Of a stretch of 64,000 nucleotides of DNA, positions 25,019-33,809 are shown piece after piece (within the stretch, counting starts at the first letter, position 1; each line of letters opens with the position of its first letter). The notes beneath the pieces are model-generated. The model was not told the DNA's origin. It saw nothing but the letters and a program-made list of their open reading frames with translations, and did no database searches. A program made the translations under genes and the position numbers. Origin of the DNA: Nitrospiraceae bacterium (lineage in GTDB: Bacteria > Nitrospirota > Nitrospiria > Nitrospirales > Nitrospiraceae); contig JBFWWG010000001.1 in NCBI GenBank assembly GCA_050246315.1, forward strand, positions 256,001 to 320,000, written 5' to 3'.

Positions 25019-25063
25019 AAGGTACGCGACCGGGATGAAAACCCGGTGAAGACCCGGTGAAGG
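25019..25063 (-). promoter_or_regulatory. P1: triple direct-repeat box promoter
   Basis: CCTTCAC-N4-TCTTCAC-N4-TTTTCAT-N10-TACCTT. Confidence 0.75.
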
Positions 25064-25075
25064 TGTTCCCGCCAA

Positions 25076-25120
25076 TCTTCATCGGTTCTTCACGAATTCT
25101 TCATCCGTGCCGGCTAACCT
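25076..25120 (+). promoter_or_regulatory. P2: triple direct-repeat box promoter
   Basis: TCTTCAT-N4-TCTTCAC-N4-TCTTCAT-N10-TAACCT. Confidence 0.78.
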
Positions 25121-25211
25121 GCGCGCAGGCTCAACGAGAGCCCCAGCGGAGCCATGTTGGTACAGGCCCTTGAACCTGGGAACAGGAACCCGACAAGGAG
25201 ACAACGGCACG

Positions 25212-25307
25212 ATGTTCGTCCTTCTGCTTGCCCTGATCGGACTGTTTCTGCTCCTCGCATGCATGGTGGGAGTCGCGCTGTATACGGAGAACCGCAAACA
25301 ACGATGA
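25212..25307 (+). CDS. 31-aa small membrane protein
   Basis: MFVLLLALIGLFLLLACMVGVALYTENRKQR; RBS AAGGAGA. Confidence 0.65.
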   Translation: MFVLLLALIGLFLLLACMVGVALYTENRKQR

Positions 25308-25724
25308 CTACCGGTCATAATCGCCGGCCGCCTCCGGCTGATAGAGGATTTCCTCGATCCTCACCTTTTTCACCCCCGCCGGAACCTGCCATTCGATGGT
25401 ATCTCCGACTCGGTACCCCAACATGGCGGTGCCGATCGGGGCGAGCACGGAAATCTTGCTCTCCTCGATCTTGGCCTGGCTGGGAAACACCAGGGTGTAA
25501 ACCCGCTCATCTCCCGTATCGAGATCGAGCAGGCGGACCTGCGAGTTCATCGTCACCACGTCTTGTGGAATCGCTTTCGGATCCACCACGTGCGCCCGAT
25601 CGAGTTCCCGCTCCAGGCTCTGGAGATACTCGCTATTTTTCCCTTTGAACACGATCCCGACCTGCAAGAGTTCCGACAGTCGTTCAAGGTCAAAGGCGGT
25701 GATATAGATGTCTCGATGTTCCAT
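25308..25724 (-). CDS. rnk: Nucleoside diphosphate kinase regulator (GreA/GreB family)
   Basis: DVVTMNS, YTLVFP, ISVLAPIGTAMLGY, ILYQPEAAG. Confidence 0.93.
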   Translation of the reverse strand: MEHRDIYITAFDLERLSELLQVGIVFKGKNSEYLQSLERELDRAHVVDPKAIPQDVVTMNSQVRLLDLDTGDERVYTLVFPSQAKIEESKISVLAPIGTAMLGYRVGDTIEWQVPAGVKKVRIEEILYQPEAAGDYDR

Positions 25725-25816
25725 GGTGTCACACTCCTTGTTTGACGGATGAGAGAACGCGATTTCCGACTGTACGGTGTAAGGCCGGTCCTGGCCGAGC
25801 AGCCCAAAAATTGATC

Positions 25817-25999
25817 TTACGGTCGTGAAGGGGCTTCTGGAGGGGAGTGCCTGCGACGGAGATAGGGAGAGACGTCCCCCGTGACGTTCACGGATTTCCC
25901 GACGGACGCGTGCCTCGACGACCAGATCATCCAGACCGCCGCCATGGGCAGCATCGTCGTTCCGAGAGCAGAGAGCACAATGATGGCCGACAGGGGCAT
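25817..25999 (-). CDS. 60-aa small protein with an N-terminal TM helix
   Basis: MPLSAIIVLSALGTTMLPMAAVWMIW...; RBS AAAGGGAG; downstream of P3. Confidence 0.6.
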   Translation of the reverse strand: MPLSAIIVLSALGTTMLPMAAVWMIWSSRHASVGKSVNVTGDVSPYLRRRHSPPEAPSRP

Positions 26000-26021
26000 G
26001 ACGTCTCCCTTTCCTCAGTCA

Positions 26022-26066
26022 ACGATACGACCGCCGGATGAAGATTGCATGAAGAACGGATGAAGA
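26022..26066 (-). promoter_or_regulatory. P3: triple direct-repeat box promoter
   Basis: TCTTCAT-N4-TCTTCAT-N4-TCTTCAT-N10-TATCGT. Confidence 0.8.
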
Positions 26067-26178
26067 CTCTCTCAGGTTGCCTCGTTGATAGGTCTTGCTG
26101 CGTCATTCGTCATTCGTCCTTTATATATGTCTCGCGTTCCTCCTTTCGCATTGGCGCCCCACTCAGAAGATGAACCAT

Positions 26179-26223
26179 TCTTCACGATCGGTTCACCCCT
26201 TCTTCATGCTGCACTGGTACCCT
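26179..26223 (+). promoter_or_regulatory. P4: triple direct-repeat box promoter, probable autoregulatory promoter of the two-component operon
   Basis: TCTTCAC-N4-GGTTCAC-N4-TCTTCAT-N10-TACCCT. Confidence 0.75.
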
Positions 26224-26287
26224 TTGCCTCATCAGATGACGGGCTCCATGCGATGTCCACTCCCACACAGGCCATGAGGTGAATGCG

Positions 26288-26380
26288 ATGTCCGAAACCA
26301 TCAGCTCTGGGGTCATGCTTACGCTTCTGTTGGTCGCGATGACGGTGCTGATCCTATGGGGCATGTCTCTATTGGCATAA
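26288..26380 (+). CDS. 30-aa small membrane protein A
   Basis: MSETISSGVMLTLLLVAMTVLILWGMSLLA; RBS GAGGTG; below the ORF-track cutoff. Confidence 0.65.
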   Translation: MSETISSGVMLTLLLVAMTVLILWGMSLLA

Positions 26381-26435
26381 ACAACCGACTCGCGCGCATA
26401 AGGGGATTCGCGATAGATCAAGAGAGGAGGTTCGA

Positions 26436-26528
26436 ATGATGTCAGAACTCTTAGCCAGTCTCATGCTGATCGTGACGGTGGGAGGAATGGCGCTGCTCGT
26501 CATGTGGGGCCTGTCCATCATCGTGTAG
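26436..26528 (+). CDS. 30-aa small membrane protein B (paralog of A)
   Basis: MMSELLASLMLIVTVGGMALLVMWGLSIIV; RBS GAGGAGG. Confidence 0.7.
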   Translation: MMSELLASLMLIVTVGGMALLVMWGLSIIV

Positions 26529-26662
26529 TCGGCTCAGGAACGGCTCGAACAGTCGTCGATATGACCAGCCCCGTGGCATTTCATGGGCCGGCAGGAGCAC
26601 AATAGGGCGGAGCGCCAGTCGAAAAGTTCGACTGGCGCTCCGCCGGCCCGGACATCACCGCC

Positions 26663-27343
26663 ATGCGCATCCTCCTCGTCGAAGACGATACCAATCTCGC
26701 CCAGTTCGTGCAGAAGGGTCTCCGCGAGGAACGTTACGCCGTCGATTGGGCGGCCGACGGCGAAGCGGGGCTCGACCTTGCCGGCCACAATGAGTACGAC
26801 CTCCTCATTGTGGACATTCTCCTACCCAAGTTGGACGGATTGACGCTCTGCCGCCGACTCCGATCCAGCGGAGGACGGACGCCGATCCTTCTGTTGACGG
26901 CACAGGACTCCGTTCAAGACAAGGTGGCGGGGCTCGACAGCGGCGCCGACGACTACCTGACCAAGCCTTTCGCCTTCGCGGAACTCCTGGCCCGCGTGCG
27001 GGCCCTCCTTCGTCGAGGCGGCCCCCACACGCCCACGCGCTTCAAGGCGGCGGACTTGGAGCTCGATCCCGCCTCCCACCGAGTTTGGCGAGCCGGCAAG
27101 GAGATTGCGCTGACGAACAAGGAATACGCGATTCTGGACTTTCTCCTTCGGAACAAGAACCGCGTTCTGACCCGGACTGCGATCATCGAACATGTGTGGG
27201 ATATCAGCTACGATCCCATGACCAACATCGTGGACGCGCATATCCGGTCACTCCGCGTGAAGATCGATCGCGACTTTTCGCCGCAACTCATCACGACCGT
27301 GCGAGGAGCCGGCTACATGCTGGAAGCACCGGAGGATGCATGA
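26663..27343 (+). CDS. OmpR/PhoB-family response regulator (CusR/CzcR-like)
   Basis: ILLVEDD, GADDYLTKPF, winged helix with TVRGAGY. Confidence 0.95.
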   Translation: MRILLVEDDTNLAQFVQKGLREERYAVDWAADGEAGLDLAGHNEYDLLIVDILLPKLDGLTLCRRLRSSGGRTPILLLTAQDSVQDKVAGLDSGADDYLTKPFAFAELLARVRALLRRGGPHTPTRFKAADLELDPASHRVWRAGKEIALTNKEYAILDFLLRNKNRVLTRTAIIEHVWDISYDPMTNIVDAHIRSLRVKIDRDFSPQLITTVRGAGYMLEAPEDA

Positions 27344-28767
27344 CGTTCTTCCGGAACCTGATCCGTGCTTGGGCCTTGGCGCTGATTCTCGTGGTCCTGG
27401 CTATCTTCAGCGCGCTGCTCTATGGAGGGTTTGAGGTTCTGCTTCAGCGCTATGCCGACGCCAGGTTGCTGGGGCTCGCACAGACGCTGGCTGCCATTAT
27501 CGAGCAACGGCCGGATCTCCTGAGCGGCAGTCGAGAACAAGAGATCGTTCCGCTTCAGGAGACGGACACGGACGAAGCGCAGCACGAATTGCGCGAAGCG
27601 GCACACTCGATCGTCGTCCTCACCCCAGACGGTCGGATCGTCTGGCAAGGTTCCAATGTCGTGCCCCGTCCGCCGGTGAGCAGCGAGCTGCTCGAAACGA
27701 TCCGGAGCGGAAATCCCCTCTACGACACGGTTTCCACCGTCAACGGGTCGCCGGTGCGACGCCTGTCGCTCCCGATCCCTGCTCGGGGAGAGGTCCGGTA
27801 CATTCTCCAGGCCGAGGCTTCGCTCGGATTTGCGGAGCGGGCCCTCCGCAATCTCTTGGGTTTGCTCGCGATCGTGTCCGCTGCCATGATGGCCGTGGCC
27901 TGGTTGGGCAGCGGCTGGCTGGCGCGAAAGGTCTTAGGACCGATCGACGTCTTGAGCGCCACGGCGGAGACCGTCTCCGGCTCGGCGCTCGAAACCAGGT
28001 TGAACGTGGATGCTCCCTATCGGGAGTTCCATCGGTTGGCGCAGGCCTTCAATGCCATGCTGGACCGATTGCAGAAGGTTTTCGAGGGCCAGCGGCGTTT
28101 TGTGGACCATGCGGCGCATGAAATGCAAACACCTCTGACGGTCTTGCAGGGGAACATCGAGGTGGCGCTCCAGAAGGCGCGCACGGCAGAGGAATACCGC
28201 GAGGCCTTGCTGAATAACTGGGAAGAGGTCCAGCGGTTGGTCAGCCTGACTCGGTCGCTCTTGACCCTGGCCCGATTGAGCGGGGATCACTCACCCGTGC
28301 AGCCTACTTCGCTCGCGCTTGAACCGCTGCTCCGGGAACTGGTCGAGGAGCTGATGGTCCTGGCCGAAGATTACAAGCTCCAGTTGAGGCTTCAGGCTGA
28401 TCCGGTGCCTTCCATCCAAGGCGACGCCCGGTGGCTCAAGCAGGCGGTGATTAACCTCTTGCACAACGCGCTCCGCTACACGGAACCGGGCGGGCGCGTT
28501 ACGGTAAGCCTCGGGGTCCTGGGCAATGAGATCCGTATCGCGGTCGAAGATACGGGTCAGGGGATCGAATCCGATCAGTTGCCGCACCTCTTCGAGCGAT
28601 TTTATCGCACCGACCGGGCGAGGGCGCGAGATTCCGGCGGCACCGGCCTGGGCCTGCCGATCGTGAAAGAAATCATTGAGGCGCACGGCGGCCGCATCAC
28701 GGTGGAGAGCCAGGTCGGGATCGGCTCAATCTTCACGCTCTGGCTACCGGTTCCTCATCCACATTAG
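27340..28767 (+). CDS. Sensor histidine kinase (2 TM, HAMP, HisKA, HATPase)
   Basis: AAHEMQTPL, NLLHNALRY, DTGQGI, GGTGLGL; ATGA overlap with the regulator. Confidence 0.95.
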   Translation: MTFFRNLIRAWALALILVVLAIFSALLYGGFEVLLQRYADARLLGLAQTLAAIIEQRPDLLSGSREQEIVPLQETDTDEAQHELREAAHSIVVLTPDGRIVWQGSNVVPRPPVSSELLETIRSGNPLYDTVSTVNGSPVRRLSLPIPARGEVRYILQAEASLGFAERALRNLLGLLAIVSAAMMAVAWLGSGWLARKVLGPIDVLSATAETVSGSALETRLNVDAPYREFHRLAQAFNAMLDRLQKVFEGQRRFVDHAAHEMQTPLTVLQGNIEVALQKARTAEEYREALLNNWEEVQRLVSLTRSLLTLARLSGDHSPVQPTSLALEPLLRELVEELMVLAEDYKLQLRLQADPVPSIQGDARWLKQAVINLLHNALRYTEPGGRVTVSLGVLGNEIRIAVEDTGQGIESDQLPHLFERFYRTDRARARDSGGTGLGLPIVKEIIEAHGGRITVESQVGIGSIFTLWLPVPHPH

Positions 28768-28857
28768 ACATGACGGCTCATGACGTTCCACCTGTTGCCT
28801 GAATTGTCAAAATCAAGACATGACCCCAATCACAATCAGATGTGGCGGGCTCGTCAT

Positions 28858-29850
28858 TCAGCCCGCGTTCCTTGCCGCTCGAAGATTTGGAAAGCGCTCG
28901 CTCGCGAACAACAACACCCATGTGACGAGCACGAAGGGAAGCGTCAGCGCGGGCATGCCAAGCGGCTGCAGTGCAGCGGACACTGCCGCGAACACGAAGG
29001 GAGTGGCGATCGTGGCCACCAGCGCATAGGCCACCGATACGCTTCCCGGCATAAAAAAGACAGTACCCATGGCGACTGCGACAAGCACGCTGTTGAATCC
29101 GAACGCACCCGAGCGGATCGCAGGTTCAGCGGCGCCCATACCCCAAGCCACGAGCACCCCGCTCAGCGACCCCAACAGCGCCGCAGCACCGGCCGCCCTT
29201 GACCCGATGAACAGCCCAGCCACGAATAGAATGCCGGTAACCATGCTTTCTTGAAAGAAGACCTGAGCAATACCGTTGAAGAGGCCTTCGACGACCGACG
29301 AAGCGGTTACGACTCCCTCCACTGCCACTGTCTTGGGCAGGCCGGCGGTCGGTAGGAGACCCGTGGTCTGGAGTCGCCCAAAACGCGCCGTCGCCAGGAA
29401 GAAACACAGGGAGATGAAGACAAATGGCGCTGTGAGTGCGGGCATTTTCCAGCCCTCCAGCAGAGAAAGCATTGCCGCCATGGCGATTGTCGAGCACGCC
29501 GCCGCGAAACCGACGCACCCCCAGGTCAACGCATTCGGTTGCAGGAAGAAGAGCAAGGCGATGCCCACGAGCCCGCCATTGAAGCCGAAGAGCCCTGCCC
29601 GGACCAGCGTGCGATCGACGCCCAACAACAACGCGGTGGCCGTGCTCACCGCACCGCCGAGCAGGAGGGCGGTCCCGAACAGCAGGGAGCTGTAACACAC
29701 CCCCATGACGAAGAGCAGACCGGTATAGCTGTTGTTCTGGAGCATCACTTGGCCGATGCCGCGCAGTACGGAATCAAGAAAATCCAACAGCGAATGCGAA
29801 ACACCCTGGCCTTCTACGACGAGACCCGTCGAGGAGAATCGCGCGGCCAT
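28858..29850 (-). CDS. Urea transporter (UT/Yut family)
   Basis: LRGIGQVMLQNN, GLFGFNG, PALTAPF, GIAQVFFQ, PALTLPF. Confidence 0.9.
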   Translation of the reverse strand: MAARFSSTGLVVEGQGVSHSLLDFLDSVLRGIGQVMLQNNSYTGLLFVMGVCYSSLLFGTALLLGGAVSTATALLLGVDRTLVRAGLFGFNGGLVGIALLFFLQPNALTWGCVGFAAACSTIAMAAMLSLLEGWKMPALTAPFVFISLCFFLATARFGRLQTTGLLPTAGLPKTVAVEGVVTASSVVEGLFNGIAQVFFQESMVTGILFVAGLFIGSRAAGAAALLGSLSGVLVAWGMGAAEPAIRSGAFGFNSVLVAVAMGTVFFMPGSVSVAYALVATIATPFVFAAVSAALQPLGMPALTLPFVLVTWVLLFASERFPNLRAARNAG

Positions 29851-30055
29851 AACGTCAGAATCCCCCGTGGCCGATCTGCGCATCCGGTATGTGATGCCCA
29901 AGAGACATGCCGGTGACCTTCACGCAGTGGGATGCGAGCATGCGATTCTCCTCCATAATCAAGCTGTCAGCTCTCCGCCTAAAATCGTTGCGGCGATCAC
30001 CTACCACATCGCTTTTTTCGCGCACTGGGTGAGACTTGGACTTTCCTTGCCGGCG

Positions 30056-30219
30056 ATGACGGCGAACGACTGAGGAGCCGCCGAGGCACTGGCCGTTCCA
30101 GCGAGCTCTCTCGTGCGGGTCCTCATCGCGAAACGCGCACAATCTGCCGGATTGTCTTGGAAACACGAGGGGGTGTCAACGTGGGCCCTGCCGGAGAACC
30201 CCGTCATCCCGGCGACCTA
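30056..30219 (-). repeat. ~165-bp promoter-bearing repeat, copy 1
   Basis: Colinear with 32192-32356; TTGACA(30179-30174)-N17-GACAAT(30156-30151). Confidence 0.8.
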
Positions 30220-30401
30220 GCCCACATTATTCATGAACGTTCGTGACGTTCCACCCGTTGCTTGGGGCCCATTGCCATTGGCGTTGCAATGGGCGCCCCG
30301 ATCAACGGGTACTGGAAGACGCCGGGCGTTGGCCCCACTGCATGGAGAGGAGCAACGGATCGCACGACGGCTGCAATAGAAGTCATCGTGAATAATGCGG
30401 G

Positions 30402-30404
<3 letters not shown>
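30218..30404. mobile_element. Family-A MITE-like element
   Basis: TIR TAGCCCACATTATTCATGA ... TCGTGAATAATGCGGGCTA; overlaps the antitoxin TAG stop. Confidence 0.78.
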
Positions 30405-30924
<520 letters not shown>

Positions 30925-30956
30925 TCAACGATCCCGGTTTCCCGCAAGCGCTCGGC

Positions 30957-31020
30957 GTCTTACGCCCCGGCTCAGCGGCGGACCGCGCAGCGAACCGTCC
31001 GCCGCAACCGGCTATCAACC
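30957..31020 (-). other. Degenerate attC-like site
   Basis: CCGGTTGCGGCGGAC..GTCCGCCGCTGAGCCGGGGCGTAAGAC hairpin ending in a near-GTTRRRY. Confidence 0.55.
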
Positions 31021-31038
31021 TGAGACACATGAGATTCT

Positions 31039-31151
31039 TAGCCCACATTATGCATGACGGTTCGTGAGGTTCCACCCGTTGCATATGCAGGCAATAGCTG
31101 CCCCAGCGTATCGGCGGTTGCAGTAGAAGCGTTCATGAATAATGTGGGTTA
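31039..31151. mobile_element. Family-A MITE-like element (113 bp)
   Basis: TIR TAGCCCACATTATGCATGA ... TCATGAATAATGTGGGTTA; overlaps the TAA stop of the DUF1801 gene. Confidence 0.78.
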
Positions 31152-31505
31152 GCGCGACTGCGTCGCCTGCCGGAGGAGTGCCGCAAACGCCCGTTCGTCG
31201 ATCGCAGAACGGTGACGGACCTTGATGTGCCGCACGTACTTCCCCTTGCCCTCAAGCAACCCTCTCGGATCCTTGAGGGATGATCCGTTCAAGAAACCGA
31301 ACTGCACGTACCCCGCATCGGAGTACACGTAGGCGACGGGTCCGTCAATGCCGACCCAGCACCCGTTTCCCCACTTCACGGCTTCGCTGAGCCTGGGCTC
31401 AACGCGTTTCACAAACTTCCGAAGCGCACGAATGATCGCCTGATTCTTCGGATTCTGGGCCTTCAGGTAATGATCGAAGCTCGCATACGCCTTCATGGTC
31501 TTCAT
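31149..31505 (-). CDS. DUF1801 (YdhG-like) protein
   Basis: EAVKWG, VQFGF..G..L.DP.GLLEG.GK..RHIK. Confidence 0.85.
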   Translation of the reverse strand: MKTMKAYASFDHYLKAQNPKNQAIIRALRKFVKRVEPRLSEAVKWGNGCWVGIDGPVAYVYSDAGYVQFGFLNGSSLKDPRGLLEGKGKYVRHIKVRHRSAIDERAFAALLRQATQSR

Positions 31506-31533
31506 CGCAGGTTCCTCAATGGAACAAGCAGGT

Positions 31534-31617
31534 CCCTAACTATTGCGTTCAGCCGCCCCGAGCGGAGTGAGGGAATCGCCGCTAATCGGCAGCGTCGGCT
31601 GGCACGCGTTGTTGGCC
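31534..31617 (-). other. attC site (integron cassette recombination site)
   Basis: GGCCAAC...CAGCCG...CGGCTGAACGCAATA-GTTAGGG, 84 bp, 7 bp after a stop codon and ~30 bp before the next ATG. Confidence 0.7.
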
Positions 31618-31624
31618 GGCATGC

Positions 31625-32188
31625 TCATAGCTTGCCCGCTACCTCGAAGCCGTAAACTCGCAATTGTTGGTGTACCGGGTGTACGAGATTCTTTTGCAGT
31701 TCTTCAACGCGCTCCCCGAGCCTCACTTTCATGATGTTCTTAGCGAGCACTTCAAAGCTGGCGATCGCTTGTTCAAGGTGCACTTGGGGAGGGTTGTGTT
31801 CGTATCCGAATATTAGGATGGCCTTTCGTTCATATAAGGCGCACTCCAAGAGCTTTATGCAGTCGCCGAGTGAGCTCGTGTTTCCTGGATACGGATGGAG
31901 AACGTTCTCAGACCAATGCTCCGCCGGCTTTCCGTTGTCTCCAAAGGGTCTGACAATCTTCAATTCGAGAGCCCAATGGCCGAGGATCAGGATATCAGGT
32001 AGACGCTTCGTCGCCGCTCGCGCATAGAGTTCAGGCTTTTTCGTTTTCATTTGCTTCAAAGCGGCAGAGACTGCTTGGGCTTCGCCGTACGGTCCGATGC
32101 CTGGATGGAATTCCTTGTGGGGCGTACGCGTGCTATCGACAGCAACTAGCCCATCGGCAAAATCAGCGACCAACTCGACCAATGTCAT
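31625..32188 (-). CDS. Hypothetical protein, putative PD-(D/E)xK nuclease fold
   Basis: GE...LPDILILGHWALELK pattern; lower GC; flanked by cassette-like ends. Confidence 0.6.
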   Translation of the reverse strand: MTLVELVADFADGLVAVDSTRTPHKEFHPGIGPYGEAQAVSAALKQMKTKKPELYARAATKRLPDILILGHWALELKIVRPFGDNGKPAEHWSENVLHPYPGNTSSLGDCIKLLECALYERKAILIFGYEHNPPQVHLEQAIASFEVLAKNIMKVRLGERVEELQKNLVHPVHQQLRVYGFEVAGKL

Positions 32189-32191
32189 TTC

Positions 32192-32356
32192 ATGACGGCC
32201 AGCTGTAGGCGAGCCGCCGAGGCACTGCGCCTTCTGGCGGCCTAATCTCGTGTGGTCCTCGGTCAGAACCCCTCAAAAATCTGCCGGATTGTCTGAGAAA
32301 CACAAGAAGGTGTCAACGTGGTCCTTGCTGGAGAACCCCGCCACTACGGCGGCCTA
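32192..32356 (-). repeat. ~165-bp promoter-bearing repeat, copy 2
   Basis: TTGACA(32316-32311)-N17-GACAAT(32293-32288). Confidence 0.8.
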
Positions 32357-32669
32357 TCGGGGGTTGTAGCAGAAATCCCCTCGGACCCCGGTGACCGTGC
32401 GTTTCGGCTTCGCTCACCACAGGCGGCTCGACGGGCTCACCACAGGCGGTTCGACCGGCTCACCACAGGCTTCGACAAGCCTGTCCTGAGCCAGTCGAAG
32501 GGCCTGTCCTGGGAAAACCAACCGTCTCCTTCGAGAGCCTCAGGACGAACGGTTGGTTTATCGAAGGGCTCAGCACGACTGGAGAAACATCCTGGTTTCA
32601 TGGACAGATCCGTTCGCCCTGAGCCCGTCGAAGGGCTCACCACGAACGAGTTTCTGGAACAGGACGCTA
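32357..32669. repeat. Cluster of REP-like palindromes
   Basis: Repeated (C)TTCGAC..GCTCA / CCTGAG..GTCGAAGGG units, also seen at 56330-56415. Confidence 0.7.
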
Positions 32670-33809
32670 ATCCAGCGTCTGCCTGTACCGTTTCACGCCG
32701 ATCATCAGGGCGACCGCAGCGAAGAGCGCAATCTGCCAAAGTTGAAGCGAGACCTCCTCGATGCCGTTGCCCTTTAAGAGAATCCCCCGCACGATGCGCA
32801 GAAAGTGCGTGAGCGGGAACACTTCACCCAGGGCCTGCGCCCACTGCGGCATGCCGCGGAACGGGAACATGAAGCCGGACAGCAAGAGTGACGGCAGGAA
32901 GAAAAAGAAGGTCATCTGCACCGCCTGGAGTTGGTTCTGCGCCAACGTGGAAAAGGTGATGCCCACCGCCAAGTTGGCGGCGATGAACACCAGGGTCACG
33001 GCGAGCAGCAGCAAAATGTTCCCGACCATCGGCACGTGGAAGAGAAAGGAGGCGGCCAGGAGGATCAACCCGACCTGCACGTAGCCGACGACAATGTAGG
33101 GGAGGATCTTGCCGCTCATGACCTCGAAGGGGCGGGTGGGCATCGAAAGCAGATTCTCCATAGTGCCGCGCTCGCGTTCGCGCGTAATAGCCAGGCCGGT
33201 GATCATGATCATGGTCATCGTGAGGACGACACCCATCAGGCCCGGCACGATGTTGTAATGGGTGATGGCTTCCGGGTTGTACCGCGGATGGATGCGCAGG
33301 TCGATCGCGCCGTCGTCCGCGGCGAGAAAGGCGAGGGGCCCCTTGAAGTCTTCCCGCAGCGCGGTGTTTATCACCGTGCGAAGAGACCCCATCGCGTTGC
33401 TCGTGGCGGCAGGGTCGGTCGCATCGGCTTCAAGCAGCACGGCGGGTCTATCACCACGAAGCAGGTCTCGCGTGAAATTCTCAGGAATGTTGACGACGAA
33501 CTGGACCTCGCCTCGCGCCAGCGCCTCCTGCGCTTCGGCTTCGGTCTGCACCTGACGGACGAATTCGAAATAGCCGCTGTTCCGGATTCCATAAAGCAAC
33601 GAACGGCCTTGCGGTCCCTGATCGGCGAGAAGCACGGCGGTGGGCAACTGCTTCGGGTCGGAATTGATCGCAAACCCGAACAGCGTGAGCTGGATCAGCG
33701 GCACCCCGACCATCATCCCGAACGTCAGGCGGTCCCGTCGCATCTGGATGAACTCCTTCACCACGATCGCCCAAAACCGCGCAGGAGAGAATTCGTATCG
33801 CTTCCTCAT
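32667..33809 (-). CDS. ABC-2 type transporter permease (YbhR/S-like)
   Basis: KEFIQMRRD, RERERGTME.LL, LLSGFMFP, PLTHF. Confidence 0.92.
   Translation of the reverse strand: MRKRYEFSPARFWAIVVKEFIQMRRDRLTFGMMVGVPLIQLTLFGFAINSDPKQLPTAVLLADQGPQGRSLLYGIRNSGYFEFVRQVQTEAEAQEALARGEVQFVVNIPENFTRDLLRGDRPAVLLEADATDPAATSNAMGSLRTVINTALREDFKGPLAFLAADDGAIDLRIHPRYNPEAITHYNIVPGLMGVVLTMTMIMITGLAITRERERGTMENLLSMPTRPFEVMSGKILPYIVVGYVQVGLILLAASFLFHVPMVGNILLLLAVTLVFIAANLAVGITFSTLAQNQLQAVQMTFFFFLPSLLLSGFMFPFRGMPQWAQALGEVFPLTHFLRIVRGILLKGNGIEEVSLQLWQIALFAAVALMIGVKRYRQTLD

Noticed and set aside
32357..32669. Possible CRISPR array
   Set aside because: Repeats are irregular, in both orientations, lack constant-length spacers and have no cas genes; they fit REP-like palindromes
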